DNA of 64,000 nt from Minisyncoccia bacterium (GTDB lineage Bacteria; Patescibacteriota; Minisyncoccia; Phycocordibacterales; UBA918). The notes beneath the pieces are model-generated. The model saw nothing but the letters and a program-made list of their open reading frames with translations. It did no database searches and was not told the origin of the DNA. Shown here in pieces: positions 35,080 to 44,869 of this stretch (position 1 is the stretch's first letter; every line of letters begins with the position of its first letter). Position numbers and translations under genes: made by a program. The stretch covers positions 207,872 through 271,871 of the forward strand of contig JBGSPE010000005.1 of the NCBI GenBank assembly GCA_041738755.1, in the 5' to 3' direction.

Positions 35080-36194
35080 GTAAAGCAGCGCCAAAATCAG
35101 TTGATACCATTCTCTTATCGATTATCGGTATTTTGGTAGGTGCTGGTTTTTTAATTTTCTCGTCTGCCTCACTCGGGCTCTTAGCTCGAGAAGGAGCGAG
35201 TTATAGCTCGGTTGCACTGAGTCAATTTTTGTTTGGGATTGTTGGTGGGGGAATTGCACTCTTTGTTACAAGTAATATCTACTATCGGCACTGGCGACGC
35301 TTTGCGTTCTATATTTTTATCGCTTCGCTCCTCGCTACCTTGGCAGTATTTATTCCTGGTCTTGGACTTACACACGCCGGAGCGACCCGCTGGATTGATA
35401 TCGGGTTTACCACGTTCCAGCCATCTGAGTTTTTAAAGATTGGGTTCGTAATTTATCTTGCGACCTGGTTTTCTGGTATGTATGGAAAAATTGAAGACTG
35501 GAGATATGGACTTGTACCGTTTGGAGTAGTCTCTGGTATTGCTGGATTTGTGATGTTGTTACAACCCGATACTGACACCTTCCTTATCATGGCTTCAGCC
35601 GGAATGGCGATGTTTTTAGCCGCTGGTGCTAAATGGCGTGATATTGGTTTTATTCTCCTGTGTGGGGTAGTTTTGCTTGCTACGGTAGCGTTTATGCGAC
35701 CATACGTAATGGACCGCCTGACAACATTTCTCGACCCGAGTGCTGACCCACTTGGAAGCGGGTACCAAATCCAGCAGTCCTTAATTGCCATTGGGTCAGG
35801 CGGGGTCTTTGGGCGAGGGTTTGGCCAGAGTGTACAAAAGTTTGATTATCTACCAGAACCAATTGGTGACTCAATCTTTGCCGTATACGCTGAAGAGTTT
35901 GGATTTCTTGGCAGCGTCATCCTCATAATTGCGCTGGTATCTTTAGCTCTGCGTGGATTCAAAACAGCCTCTCAAGCCGAAGATATTTTTGGAACACTTT
36001 TAGTGACTGGATTTATCACAATCATCATTGCACAGGCCTTTTTAAATATTGGAGCAATGATAGGTGTTGCTCCGGTTTCTGGCTTACCACTACCATTGAT
36101 TAGCCACGGGGGAACGGCACTCTTTTCCACCTTGGCCACGCTGGGGATTGTTTTAAATGTGTCAAAGTACAAAACTACGAAGCGTACTGCGTGA
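35076..36194 (+). CDS. ftsW: SEDS-family peptidoglycan glycosyltransferase FtsW/RodA
   Basis: PSEFLKIGFVIYLA, polytopic. Its ATG at 35076 overlaps the mraY stop (ATGA). Confidence 0.85.
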   Translation: MSKAAPKSVDTILLSIIGILVGAGFLIFSSASLGLLAREGASYSSVALSQFLFGIVGGGIALFVTSNIYYRHWRRFAFYIFIASLLATLAVFIPGLGLTHAGATRWIDIGFTTFQPSEFLKIGFVIYLATWFSGMYGKIEDWRYGLVPFGVVSGIAGFVMLLQPDTDTFLIMASAGMAMFLAAGAKWRDIGFILLCGVVLLATVAFMRPYVMDRLTTFLDPSADPLGSGYQIQQSLIAIGSGGVFGRGFGQSVQKFDYLPEPIGDSIFAVYAEEFGFLGSVILIIALVSLALRGFKTASQAEDIFGTLLVTGFITIIIAQAFLNIGAMIGVAPVSGLPLPLISHGGTALFSTLATLGIVLNVSKYKTTKRTA

Positions 36195-36208
36195 TACACT
36201 AAAGCGGT

Positions 36209-37327
36209 ATGAAAATTGTACTAGTTGGCGGCGGCACAGGGGGGCACTTCTATCCATTAATGGCAGTGGCTGAAGTAATGCGTACCCAGCCAAACCCTCC
36301 AGAACTCTACTATCTTGGTCCTTCGCCATATGACAAAGCTGCACTTGCAACCCATGGCATTACGTATCTGTATTGTCCGGCCGGAAAAATCCGCGTCTAC
36401 TTCTCATTGCAAAACTTTCTCGACCAATTTAGAAATTTCTTTGGTTTTTTTGTTGCTGTCTATCGACTATTTATCATCTACCCAGACGTTGTCTTCAGCA
36501 AGGGCGGGTACACCAGTGTACCGGTGGTTTTTGCGGCCGCTTTCTTGCGCATTCCGATTGTTATTCATGAATCAGATGCTGTACCGGGCCGGGCAAACAA
36601 ATTAGCAAAATCTTTAGCTACCTACATCGCAATCTCATATGACGATGTTGCACCGTTTTTTAAGGCTGAGAAAACAGCCTTAACCGGAATCCCGTTGCGT
36701 CAAGAGATCATCACCATCAATCAAAATCCTAACGAGACGCTTGGCATTCCAACCGACAAACCACTCCTGTTTGTGACTGGCGGTTCATCAGGAGCGGAGC
36801 GACTCAATAATATAATTCTTCGTTCACTCGTTGAACTATTGCCTTACTACCGAGTTTTCCACCAAGCTGGTAGTAACAACGTCAATGAACTCCGACTCTC
36901 AGCCCAAACCCTCCTAGCTGAACATCCCGAGCTCGCCGTTGACTACTATCTTGAGGGGAGTGTGTCAGGACAGATGATTGGTCTCTTGCTTGACGCTGCG
37001 GCGGTAGTCATCACGAGAGCAGGGAGCACAACCCTCTTTGAGATTGCTGCGCACGGCAAACCAACCATCATCATCCCTATCCCGGAAGATATTAGTCGTG
37101 ACCAACGGAAGAATGCGTACGCCTTTGCCGAGAATGGTGCGGCCAGTGTAATCGAAGAAAAGAATCTCACTCCACACTTGCTGATTCAAGAAATCCACTC
37201 TATTATGAACGACCCTGGACGCTACGAAGGAATGTCAGCCGCTTCTAAAGCCCGAGCCCTTCCCGGAGCAGCCGAAAAAATCGCTACCTTACTACTCCAA
37301 ATTGGCCATGAACATGAATCAAGATAA
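36209..37327 (+). CDS. murG: undecaprenyldiphospho-muramoylpentapeptide beta-N-acetylglucosaminyltransferase
   Basis: MKIVLVGGGTGGHFYPLMAV... GT28. Confidence 0.93.
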   Translation: MKIVLVGGGTGGHFYPLMAVAEVMRTQPNPPELYYLGPSPYDKAALATHGITYLYCPAGKIRVYFSLQNFLDQFRNFFGFFVAVYRLFIIYPDVVFSKGGYTSVPVVFAAAFLRIPIVIHESDAVPGRANKLAKSLATYIAISYDDVAPFFKAEKTALTGIPLRQEIITINQNPNETLGIPTDKPLLFVTGGSSGAERLNNIILRSLVELLPYYRVFHQAGSNNVNELRLSAQTLLAEHPELAVDYYLEGSVSGQMIGLLLDAAAVVITRAGSTTLFEIAAHGKPTIIIPIPEDISRDQRKNAYAFAENGAASVIEEKNLTPHLLIQEIHSIMNDPGRYEGMSAASKARALPGAAEKIATLLLQIGHEHESR

Positions 37328-38669
37328 ATCCGTCATCACGAGAATCCCACCGAGCCCAACCGGTCATCTTCACATCGGTACCGCGAGAACGGCGCTTTTT
37401 AATTACCTGTACGCCAAAAAATATGGTGGTACGATGATTTTTCGAAGTGAAGATACTGACCTAGAACGCAGTAAACCTGAATTTGAAAAAGAAATTCTTG
37501 AAGGGCTAGCGTGGCTTGGACTCACCTGGAGTAATGAGACTATCTATCGTCAATCAGAACGAACGGCCATCTATCAATCATATCTACAAAAAATGATTGC
37601 AGCCGGAACAGCCTACCTCTCACCGGAGGAGAGTAAGCGAAACCCTGGTGAAATGGTAGAGGTAGTTCGCCTCAAGAATCCCAACAAGACCATCACCTTT
37701 ACCGACGAGATTCGGGGAGAAATTACCTTTGATACCACCGAACTTGGAGACATTGTTATCGCACGCACGATTGACGAACCTCTCTACCACCTCACCGTCG
37801 TCGTTGATGACCATGAAATGGGAGTGACGCACGTCTTACGGGGCGAAGACCATATCCCAAATACACCACGCCAAATCCTTATTCAAGAAGCTATCGGAGC
37901 AGAGAGGCCAGTCTATGCTCATCTTCCACTCATATTAGCAACTGACCGTTCTAAGATGTCTAAGCGACACGGTGCTGTCTCACTTCACGAATACCAAAAG
38001 GCTGGTTTCCAAAAAGAAGCAATTATTAACTATCTTGCGTTGCTAGGCTGGAACCCTGGAACCGACCAAGAACTCTTCACACTAGATGAATTAATCAACG
38101 CGTTTGACCTATTTGGAGTACAAAAGGGTGGGGCAGTGTTCGATATCAAAAAATTCTCGTGGTTTAACGCCCAGTACTTGCAAAAATTATCCTTGGAGGA
38201 ATTTTCAACCTACCTACAAGACACTATTCCACAGACGCTCACTACTCTGCCACAATATTCAGAAGAACGGTTCAAAAAATTACTCCCACAAATAAAAGAA
38301 CGAATCTCAACCAAATACGACTTTACCGAGCTTGTCGAAGCAGGGGAGTACAATTGGGCTTTTGCTACACCCGAATTTGAAACATCACTCTTACAATGGA
38401 AAAATGATGCTGACGTATCGGTCGCACTGCCACGATTGCAAAACGTATTAGAACTCCTTAAAACAGCAGATTTCTTTAGTCCAGATACAATCAAAGCGGC
38501 TATCTGGTCGTACGCTGAAGAAGTAGGGAAGGGCGAGGTTCTGTGGCCACTCCGAACAGCCATATCAGGAAAAAAACAATCCCCAGACCCTTTTACCATC
38601 GCTTTTATACTCGGAAAAGAGGAAACGTACCTGCGGATTCAAACTGCTTGTGGTAAAATAATAGGGTAA
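37302..38669 (+). CDS. gltX: glutamyl-tRNA synthetase
   Basis: HIGH (PSPTGHLHIGTART) and KMSKR. Overlaps the murG 3' end by about 26 nt. Confidence 0.92.
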   Translation: MAMNMNQDKSVITRIPPSPTGHLHIGTARTALFNYLYAKKYGGTMIFRSEDTDLERSKPEFEKEILEGLAWLGLTWSNETIYRQSERTAIYQSYLQKMIAAGTAYLSPEESKRNPGEMVEVVRLKNPNKTITFTDEIRGEITFDTTELGDIVIARTIDEPLYHLTVVVDDHEMGVTHVLRGEDHIPNTPRQILIQEAIGAERPVYAHLPLILATDRSKMSKRHGAVSLHEYQKAGFQKEAIINYLALLGWNPGTDQELFTLDELINAFDLFGVQKGGAVFDIKKFSWFNAQYLQKLSLEEFSTYLQDTIPQTLTTLPQYSEERFKKLLPQIKERISTKYDFTELVEAGEYNWAFATPEFETSLLQWKNDADVSVALPRLQNVLELLKTADFFSPDTIKAAIWSYAEEVGKGEVLWPLRTAISGKKQSPDPFTIAFILGKEETYLRIQTACGKIIG

Positions 38670-39973
38670 TGTATGTACGTTTGTTCGTAGCCTTTATATT
38701 GGGAATTTCTTTGCCACTGCTTTTACTTGTGGCTGAACCAGTACTCGCACAATCTGAAATCGAAAAACTACAATCAGAAATTCAAGCTAGAAATGCCCGG
38801 CTTGGTGCAATTGAAGCTGAAATTGCCAAGTTCGAAGCTGAACTACAGGTAGTTGGTTCTGAGAAAAAAACTCTTCAGTCAGCTATCAACCAGCTTGATC
38901 TTGAGCGGCGCAAAGTCACCGCTGAAATATCACGAACTGAAACCCTTATTTCATCAACTGACCTTGAGATAAACAAGATTATTTTAGAAATCGCTCGAGC
39001 GGAGCGCGATATTAATACCACAGAAGAAGCAGTCGCAGCAGTTATTCGAGCGCAGTACAAAGCCAACGACGCTACCTTGATTGAACTCATGCTCCGTAAT
39101 GAGCGGTTATCAGAATTTTGGGGAGCGTTTGAAGCCCACGAGAGTGTTCGTAACACCATGTCAGCCAAAGTCGCAGAACTAAGCTCGTACCAATCTATTC
39201 TTACCGAGAAGCGGGACATGAGTGAAGAGAAGCGTAATGAACTCTCTTCACTAAAGAGCCAGTATTCATCACAAAATGAAGTACTTGAAACTAACAAAGC
39301 CGAACAAGCTGAATTACTAGAGGTTACCAAGAATGAAGAACAAAGTTACCAACAACTACTCTCATCACAAAAAGAAGCTCGTGATCAACTTCTCCGTGAA
39401 CTCCGTGACTTTGAATCAAAACTTCAATTTATTTTAGACCCCAATACTGTTCCAATTCCTGGTACCGCTGTCTTTAATTGGCCATTACAAAATATTATCG
39501 TAACGCAATACTTTGGCGGTACCGAGTTTGCAGCTAGAAACGCAGCGGTCTACGGTGGACGAGCGTATCACCCTGGTGTCGACTTTGGCGCTCCACGCGG
39601 AACCGCTATCTATGCACCACTGTCAGGCACAGTTCGGGCGACCGCAAACACGGACCTTGTTCCTGGTTGTCTCTCATGGGGTAAATGGACATTGATTGAC
39701 CACGCCAACGGCTTGTCTACACTCTACGCGCACCAAGACGCTATAAACGTCGTACCTGGCCAACGAGTAAACACTGGTGATGTGATTGGTTATGTTGGAA
39801 ACACTGGCTTTTCAACCGGACCACACCTTCACTTCACCGTGTACGCCAAAGACGGTGTGACTGTCCGTAAGTTCAATGAAATTAAGACTTCGACGAGCTG
39901 TGGACCAGCATCTACTCCAGTAGCAGCGGTTGATGCATACGTCGACCCAATGCTCTATTTACCAGCTTACTAG
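38669..39973 (+). CDS. M23 peptidase with N-terminal coiled-coil (EnvC-like murein hydrolase activator/endopeptidase)
   Basis: Signal/TM, a long coiled coil, then HPGVDFGAPRGTAIYAPLSGTV...GPHLHF. Confidence 0.85.
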   Translation: MYVRLFVAFILGISLPLLLLVAEPVLAQSEIEKLQSEIQARNARLGAIEAEIAKFEAELQVVGSEKKTLQSAINQLDLERRKVTAEISRTETLISSTDLEINKIILEIARAERDINTTEEAVAAVIRAQYKANDATLIELMLRNERLSEFWGAFEAHESVRNTMSAKVAELSSYQSILTEKRDMSEEKRNELSSLKSQYSSQNEVLETNKAEQAELLEVTKNEEQSYQQLLSSQKEARDQLLRELRDFESKLQFILDPNTVPIPGTAVFNWPLQNIIVTQYFGGTEFAARNAAVYGGRAYHPGVDFGAPRGTAIYAPLSGTVRATANTDLVPGCLSWGKWTLIDHANGLSTLYAHQDAINVVPGQRVNTGDVIGYVGNTGFSTGPHLHFTVYAKDGVTVRKFNEIKTSTSCGPASTPVAAVDAYVDPMLYLPAY

Positions 39974-40079
39974 ACTAGGGGATTACCCTGTGGAAAAGTA
40001 CTAATTTTGTGGTGGATAAAACTGTGGAGAAGGTGCTATGCTTAGGGAGCGATAGAGATATCGTAGGAACTTACCCTCA

Positions 40080-40102
40080 CGGAAACCCGCGCAAGCGGGT
40101 TT
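40080..40102 (+). other. GNRA-capped hairpin GAAACCCGC-GCAA-GCGGGTTTC followed by palindrome TAGGGCCCTA
   Basis: Seen in the sequence; possible RNA stability or terminator element after the M23 gene; no U tract. Confidence 0.35.
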
Positions 40103-40124
40103 CTAGGGCCCTACGACTACACTT

Positions 40125-40754
40125 GTGATTTGGCACAAAAAATATATAGTACCAAAAGACACGATCTTGTGTCTCAACCGAAAGGACTGTCATATGACGA
40201 CGGCACTTACAGCTGTCTTAGACGGTAAAATGAATGATGACCAACTCGGCATGCTCCACAGACGAGTGGATGAAATAAAGCGCCGGATAAACGAAGACAC
40301 TATTTCTTACTACGAGACTGTTGCGGTACTTCAGATTATCATTGAAGGTAAGACCGAACGTCTTAAGCCCTGCGCAAGACGACACCGGTCAGAACCACTA
40401 CCATTTGTCCGCCCTCCGATAGGGAAGCGTAAAAAGTCGAAAGCTCCGATGCGATTGCGTCTACCAGAATTCCTCCAGCGTTTGTACTTTAATTATCGAA
40501 CGAAAATCTTTGCTTACGAACGATGGAATAAGATGCTGACACCAGAAGATATTATGGCCCAAATGTGGGAAGCAGAAAACATTCCAGAGCCATGGCATAA
40601 CCAAGGAAGAGTTCCAGTCCAAACCATCCTTGGCAATGACACGCCGCCAGACAGGGAAGTGATGATCTTGTCTTCGACGTTACAGTGGCTTGGCACCAAC
40701 CAAGGAAGAGACTTCCTTGTTCGATTCATCAGAGCGGCAGACATAACAATCTAG
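40125..40754 (+). CDS. hypothetical basic protein
   Basis: 209 aa (or from MTTALT.. at 40194); no family recognised. Confidence 0.45.
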   Translation: MIWHKKYIVPKDTILCLNRKDCHMTTALTAVLDGKMNDDQLGMLHRRVDEIKRRINEDTISYYETVAVLQIIIEGKTERLKPCARRHRSEPLPFVRPPIGKRKKSKAPMRLRLPEFLQRLYFNYRTKIFAYERWNKMLTPEDIMAQMWEAENIPEPWHNQGRVPVQTILGNDTPPDREVMILSSTLQWLGTNQGRDFLVRFIRAADITI

Positions 40755-40776
40755 TACGTGATGGAAAGAAATAATA

Positions 40777-40809
40777 AATCGCTCGCACCAATCAGGTGCG
40801 AGCGATTTT
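40777..40809 (+). terminator. rho-independent terminator
   Basis: AAATCGCTCGCACC-aatca-GGTGCGAGCGATTTT. Confidence 0.8.
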
Positions 40810-41488
40810 CTAAAGACAATTATGAATGTCGCACAATATTTTAATATCGAGAGAAGCAGGGGAGAGGCGAGGGCAATTTTTGGATTATCGACACATTACT
40901 GGCCTTTGAACCGACTGAAATCGTGGCTGCAAGACTAGGAAAATTTTACAGGTGCAAGCAACGAAATTTGCATTCAAATATAAATTTTATTATATGAATT
41001 ATTTTGAAATTTATTTTAAATAAAATTAAGATTATTTACATTATTTTTAAATCATCCTAGAGATGACTCAAATCATGACTGAATCTACCGAGGTAAAAAT
41101 TCACTGAACTCACGACCTATTTTGAGACGACCTTACCTACGTCTCAAAATACTTCACAAGCCTTAGAATCGATTCTAGAGGCTCATATAGAAGCCTCACA
41201 AGAGCCAGCGGAAGCTGCATACGTAGGCATAGATGTAATATGAGCCTAGAGCTGAACGATTATGTAAATCAAAGCAAAATGTAAAATCTGACAAAATGTA
41301 AATACCGAAAGCCCAAGCGATGAAATAAACGGTACAATGTACCTAAACAACAAATCAGCAGATCCTACAACGCCTTATACAGCCTCAGAACAGCAGTATA
41401 GTAAGGCTTATATATACAACAGTATACTAAACTGTATGTCGCAAAAGATATATTGTGCGACATACATGAATACTATGTATATAAAGGC

Positions 41489-42277
41489 TTACTCCTCAGC
41501 AATATATGCCCCACCAAGGAACTGGGCGGCTAGCGCATCATTGTGAGCATCAAGTTTTGTTAAATGAATTTGCCGCTTCCCTGTATCAGCTATGAGAGAA
41601 GCTATTTCAAGATGCCTATCTAAATATTCACCAAGTTTCTGGGGGATGATTTCATCTTGAGAGAAAATGTGTACCAAATCGCCATATCGTTCACGCAATC
41701 GATCTTTCAGAATTGCATAGTGCGTACAGCCTAAAACCACCACCTCCCCTTCCCTTCGATTTGTATCAATGTATTGCGCGGCGACTTCAACAGCCTCATC
41801 AAGCTGTCCGTCTTCTATTAATGGTACCAGTGCTGGCGTTGCCAATCCTCGTAAGGTGACGGTACCATTTGAACGGTGCTCTAATTCAATCTGATACTTA
41901 CCCGACTCAACCGTACGCTTCGTGCCAATCAATAACCCTGAAGTATGACCCTCTGTCAGGATTGTTTCGATGGTTGGGATAATCACTCCCAAAATTTTTC
42001 TATCTGGAAATTCGTTTGGTAGGAAGGTATTTTGAAGTTTTCGTAACGTTTCAGCCGAAGCGGTATTACACGCTACGACAACTAATGCGCAGTCATGTAG
42101 GAACAAGTGTCGCATAGCGGCTACCGAATACTCATAGATTAACTCTTCTGGTTTATCACCATACGGAACATGAGCGGTATCGCCGTAATAGTAATAGTCA
42201 TACTGTGGTAACTGTTTTGCTACTGCCTTGAGTATGGTGAGTCCACCTAATCCTGAATCAAAAAAGCCGATGTTCAT
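41489..42277 (-). CDS. murI: glutamate racemase
   Basis: MNIGFFDSGLGGLTILK...; the paired catalytic Cys region (VVACNTAS; GCTHY). Confidence 0.92.
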   Translation of the reverse strand: MNIGFFDSGLGGLTILKAVAKQLPQYDYYYYGDTAHVPYGDKPEELIYEYSVAAMRHLFLHDCALVVVACNTASAETLRKLQNTFLPNEFPDRKILGVIIPTIETILTEGHTSGLLIGTKRTVESGKYQIELEHRSNGTVTLRGLATPALVPLIEDGQLDEAVEVAAQYIDTNRREGEVVVLGCTHYAILKDRLRERYGDLVHIFSQDEIIPQKLGEYLDRHLEIASLIADTGKRQIHLTKLDAHNDALAAQFLGGAYIAEE

Positions 42278-42735
42278 ATTCTTCCTCGTTTACACAATAG
42301 GTCAAAATCTTTTTTTAGTAGTGGCATGATGGATAGTCGACTACCTTTTTGCACGAGTGGTAGATGACCAAACACGGTATCTGCTTTAATTTCTGATAAG
42401 GTGACCACTCGGGAGAATTTTTCCTTAAACATTACCTGGCGAGTAACCCACGTCGGATTATCTTTTTTAGACTTTGGGTCATAATACTCACTTGCAGCAT
42501 CAAACTGAAGCCCGTCGACGACCAACTCCCCCACCACCTCCATAATCCCGACGGCTCCAGTCTCTTTTCCTGCGTTTGAGTGGTAAAACAGTGCTTTGTC
42601 GCCAGGAGAAAAATCATCCCGCAGCATATTGCGTACCTGGTAGTTACGGACGCCATCCCAGGTGGTTGTACCGTCTTTCTGGAGCTGGTCGATAGAATAT
42701 GCCTCTGGCTCACTTTTCATCAACCAATACTTCAT
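42274..42735 (-). CDS. EVE (PUA-like) domain protein
   Basis: MKYWLMKSEPE...W.GVRNYQVRNMLR hallmark. Confidence 0.8.
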   Translation of the reverse strand: MKYWLMKSEPEAYSIDQLQKDGTTTWDGVRNYQVRNMLRDDFSPGDKALFYHSNAGKETGAVGIMEVVGELVVDGLQFDAASEYYDPKSKKDNPTWVTRQVMFKEKFSRVVTLSEIKADTVFGHLPLVQKGSRLSIMPLLKKDFDLLCKRGRI

Positions 42736-42804
42736 AATCTAGCTATTATACCCTACTGGCTGATATAATTAAGGGTGAATTATCAATTCAATCAATCATA
42801 ATAT

Positions 42805-43197
42805 ATGTTATCTGAATCTAATGTGAGCATTACTCGAGATCGATTATCAGTTCTTGGACGAGTACTCATGGGACTCCTTTTCTTTGCTTCTGGTCTTTCG
42901 ATGTTGTTAGTTCAAACACCTGCTGGAGTTGGGCAGTACTTTGCCTCTCTCGGACTCCCGTTTGCTGCCTTACTCGCCTATCCCGTAATTGCCTTCAAAA
43001 TTGTAGCTGGTGGAGCGGTCATGCTAGGCAAACGAGTGACACTTGCTGCTTCAGGACTTATTATCTTCACCCTGCTTACAACCGTAATTGCTCACCGTGA
43101 CTTCACCGATCCAGGACTATTGAAAAACCTTGCTATCGTTGGGGGACTTATCTACCTTCTTTCGTTTGGACCAGGAGGGATGAATATCAAGAAGTAA
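42805..43197 (+). CDS. DoxX-family membrane protein
   Basis: 130 aa with 4 TM helices in a DoxX-like arrangement. Confidence 0.6.
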   Translation: MLSESNVSITRDRLSVLGRVLMGLLFFASGLSMLLVQTPAGVGQYFASLGLPFAALLAYPVIAFKIVAGGAVMLGKRVTLAASGLIIFTLLTTVIAHRDFTDPGLLKNLAIVGGLIYLLSFGPGGMNIKK

Positions 43198-43214
43198 TCT
43201 TCGAAAAATAATAC

Positions 43215-43250
43215 AAAAGGCCGGCCCCGTAGGGGCCGGCCTTTTGTATT
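43215..43250. terminator. bidirectional terminator AAAAGGCCGGCCCC-gta-GGGGCCGGCCTTTT
   Basis: A perfect GC stem flanked by A and T runs, between convergent genes. Confidence 0.85.
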
Positions 43251-43750
43251 TAGAAGTTTGCAGCTAGATTTCTATTCCAACAATTCGCTGATGCGTTCCA
43301 TGGTTGTGTACCTTGCGTCTCATAGAGATGTCGGGCATAGGCCATGTTGTGGTAGATATCCTCTAGGTTCAAATCCATTGCGGCGGCAGCCGCCTGGTGG
43401 TAACGCTTGTTGATTTGCATCACACCAGTATCTGCCTGATCAACTTTGCCCCGGAGGACAGAGCCGTCTTGTAGAGTATGACGGAAGGTAGATTCACAAC
43501 GAGCGATTTCAATCAATACCGGGGTATCCTTGAAGTAGTTTCGCACAATTGCTTCGGTAGTAGGTGAGGCTTGCACCTCTTCTACCATCGCTACCTGCTC
43601 CGTCATCGCAATGTGTCCATAGGCTGTTTCTGGTACAGAGACCGCCGAGGCGGTCGCTCCAGCAAACAGTGCTAGAATCACAGTCGATAAAATAAGCAAG
43701 GGTCTTAACGGACAAACATCGGAGTGGAGTTCCGATGACCGCGAAATCAT
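43250..43750 (-). CDS. secreted lytic transglycosylase-like (SLT) domain protein
   Basis: Signal peptide, then IARCESTFRH...DTGVMQI (ES...GLMQ pattern of SLT domains). Confidence 0.6.
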   Translation of the reverse strand: MISRSSELHSDVCPLRPLLILSTVILALFAGATASAVSVPETAYGHIAMTEQVAMVEEVQASPTTEAIVRNYFKDTPVLIEIARCESTFRHTLQDGSVLRGKVDQADTGVMQINKRYHQAAAAAMDLNLEDIYHNMAYARHLYETQGTQPWNASANCWNRNLAANF

Positions 43751-43773
43751 AGCACAGATTGCGGGTTTTTCTT

Positions 43774-43802
43774 ACTATACAATATTTTTGACTTACTGTC
43801 AA
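43774..43802 (-). promoter_or_regulatory. sigma70-like promoter TTGACA-17-TATAGT with overlapping TTGAC..GTCAA inverted repeat
   Basis: Minus-strand -35 is the complement of 43797-43802 and -10 the complement of 43774-43779. Confidence 0.55.
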
Positions 43803-43982
43803 TATTTTACCTCAGTTTTGGCTTAAAATATGCATTTTTTAGCATTTTAAAGATCTCTACTAAGAAAAACCCCACTTACCACTTCTTTTGTTTAAGCGCA
43901 TGAGCAGCGGTTCAGTATAAACATTTATACCGCAAAAGATAGCTTACGGTTGATACCTGTACCACCCGAACTCTAGTACCAA

Positions 43983-44819
43983 CTACGCTCGTCGCGCAAG
44001 AATCGCCAAACCACCAAACAACCCGGCCTCATCCCCCAGTTTGGCAGTCGTAATAAGTGGACTAGGTTCAAAACCACCAATAGCTTCCACTGTATACTTC
44101 CGAATAGCATCAATCGGTATCCGAGGGTCACCAATAATCATTGAGCCACCAAGTACAATAGCATCCGGTGACCAATATAGAATAGTATTTAAAAGACCTT
44201 GAGCCAAATATTCAGCCAATTCATCCCACACTACGTCACTTTGAGGAATCTCATACGCCTTCACACCAAACCGTTGCTCCAGTGCGGTACCAGAGACTAG
44301 ATTTTCCAGTGTTGGGCTAATGTCATCTCCGAGGATTGTGCGATCGATATCAAGTACTTGGTGACCAGGTTCAAACCCAAAGTGAGCACTATCTATCTCA
44401 CCATTTTCAATTTTTACTCCGCCAACACCAGTACTGACCGTATGATAGGCAATAATCTCTAGTCCCTTCCCTGCTCCAAAAACAGCTTCTCCGACACCAG
44501 CAATTGCGGCATCGTTCTCTAGATACACAGGCACGTTGAAGTGCTTTTGCAGTTCAGCTACAACGGACTTCCCTGCCCATTTACTCAAGGTTGCGTCATT
44601 CACAATGCCCGTTTTATCTTCATTGAGAATACCCCGGATTCCACCGGCAATAGCTAGCGGTTTTTTGTCAGTGAGCTTTTGAATCTCTTGCGCTATCTTT
44701 TTAATCCCTTCAGCAAAACTACTTGGAGTATTAAACTTGACTGACTTTTCAATCACTACTAAGTCAGAGCTTATAGCAACTCTCGTCTTCGTACCGCCGA
44801 TATCAAACACTACATACAT
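43983..44819 (-). CDS. ROK-family sugar kinase (glucokinase-like)
   Basis: FDIGGTKTRVA; ENDAAIAGVGE; VSTGVGG. Confidence 0.8.
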   Translation of the reverse strand: MYVVFDIGGTKTRVAISSDLVVIEKSVKFNTPSSFAEGIKKIAQEIQKLTDKKPLAIAGGIRGILNEDKTGIVNDATLSKWAGKSVVAELQKHFNVPVYLENDAAIAGVGEAVFGAGKGLEIIAYHTVSTGVGGVKIENGEIDSAHFGFEPGHQVLDIDRTILGDDISPTLENLVSGTALEQRFGVKAYEIPQSDVVWDELAEYLAQGLLNTILYWSPDAIVLGGSMIIGDPRIPIDAIRKYTVEAIGGFEPSPLITTAKLGDEAGLFGGLAILARRA

Positions 44820-44869
44820 ACGTACAGTCTAGCATTATTACGACAGTTCATTTTGAACATATTCAACAA

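Noticed and set aside
41262-41302. Possible CRISPR-like repeats (ATGTAAA x3)
   Set aside because: The repeats are only 7 nt with 10-nt spacers, which is far too short for CRISPR. I treat them as iteron-like or regulatory repeats.
40755-41488. Chromosomal oriC
   Set aside because: There is only one near-match to a DnaA box (TTATCGACA), and dnaA/dnaN are not in the window. I left it as an open possibility in findings rather than a call.
41337-41546. 69-aa plus-strand ORF in the AT-rich intergenic region overlapping the murI 3' end
   Set aside because: Tyr/Asn-rich translation of AT-rich DNA, no SD, and it overlaps murI.
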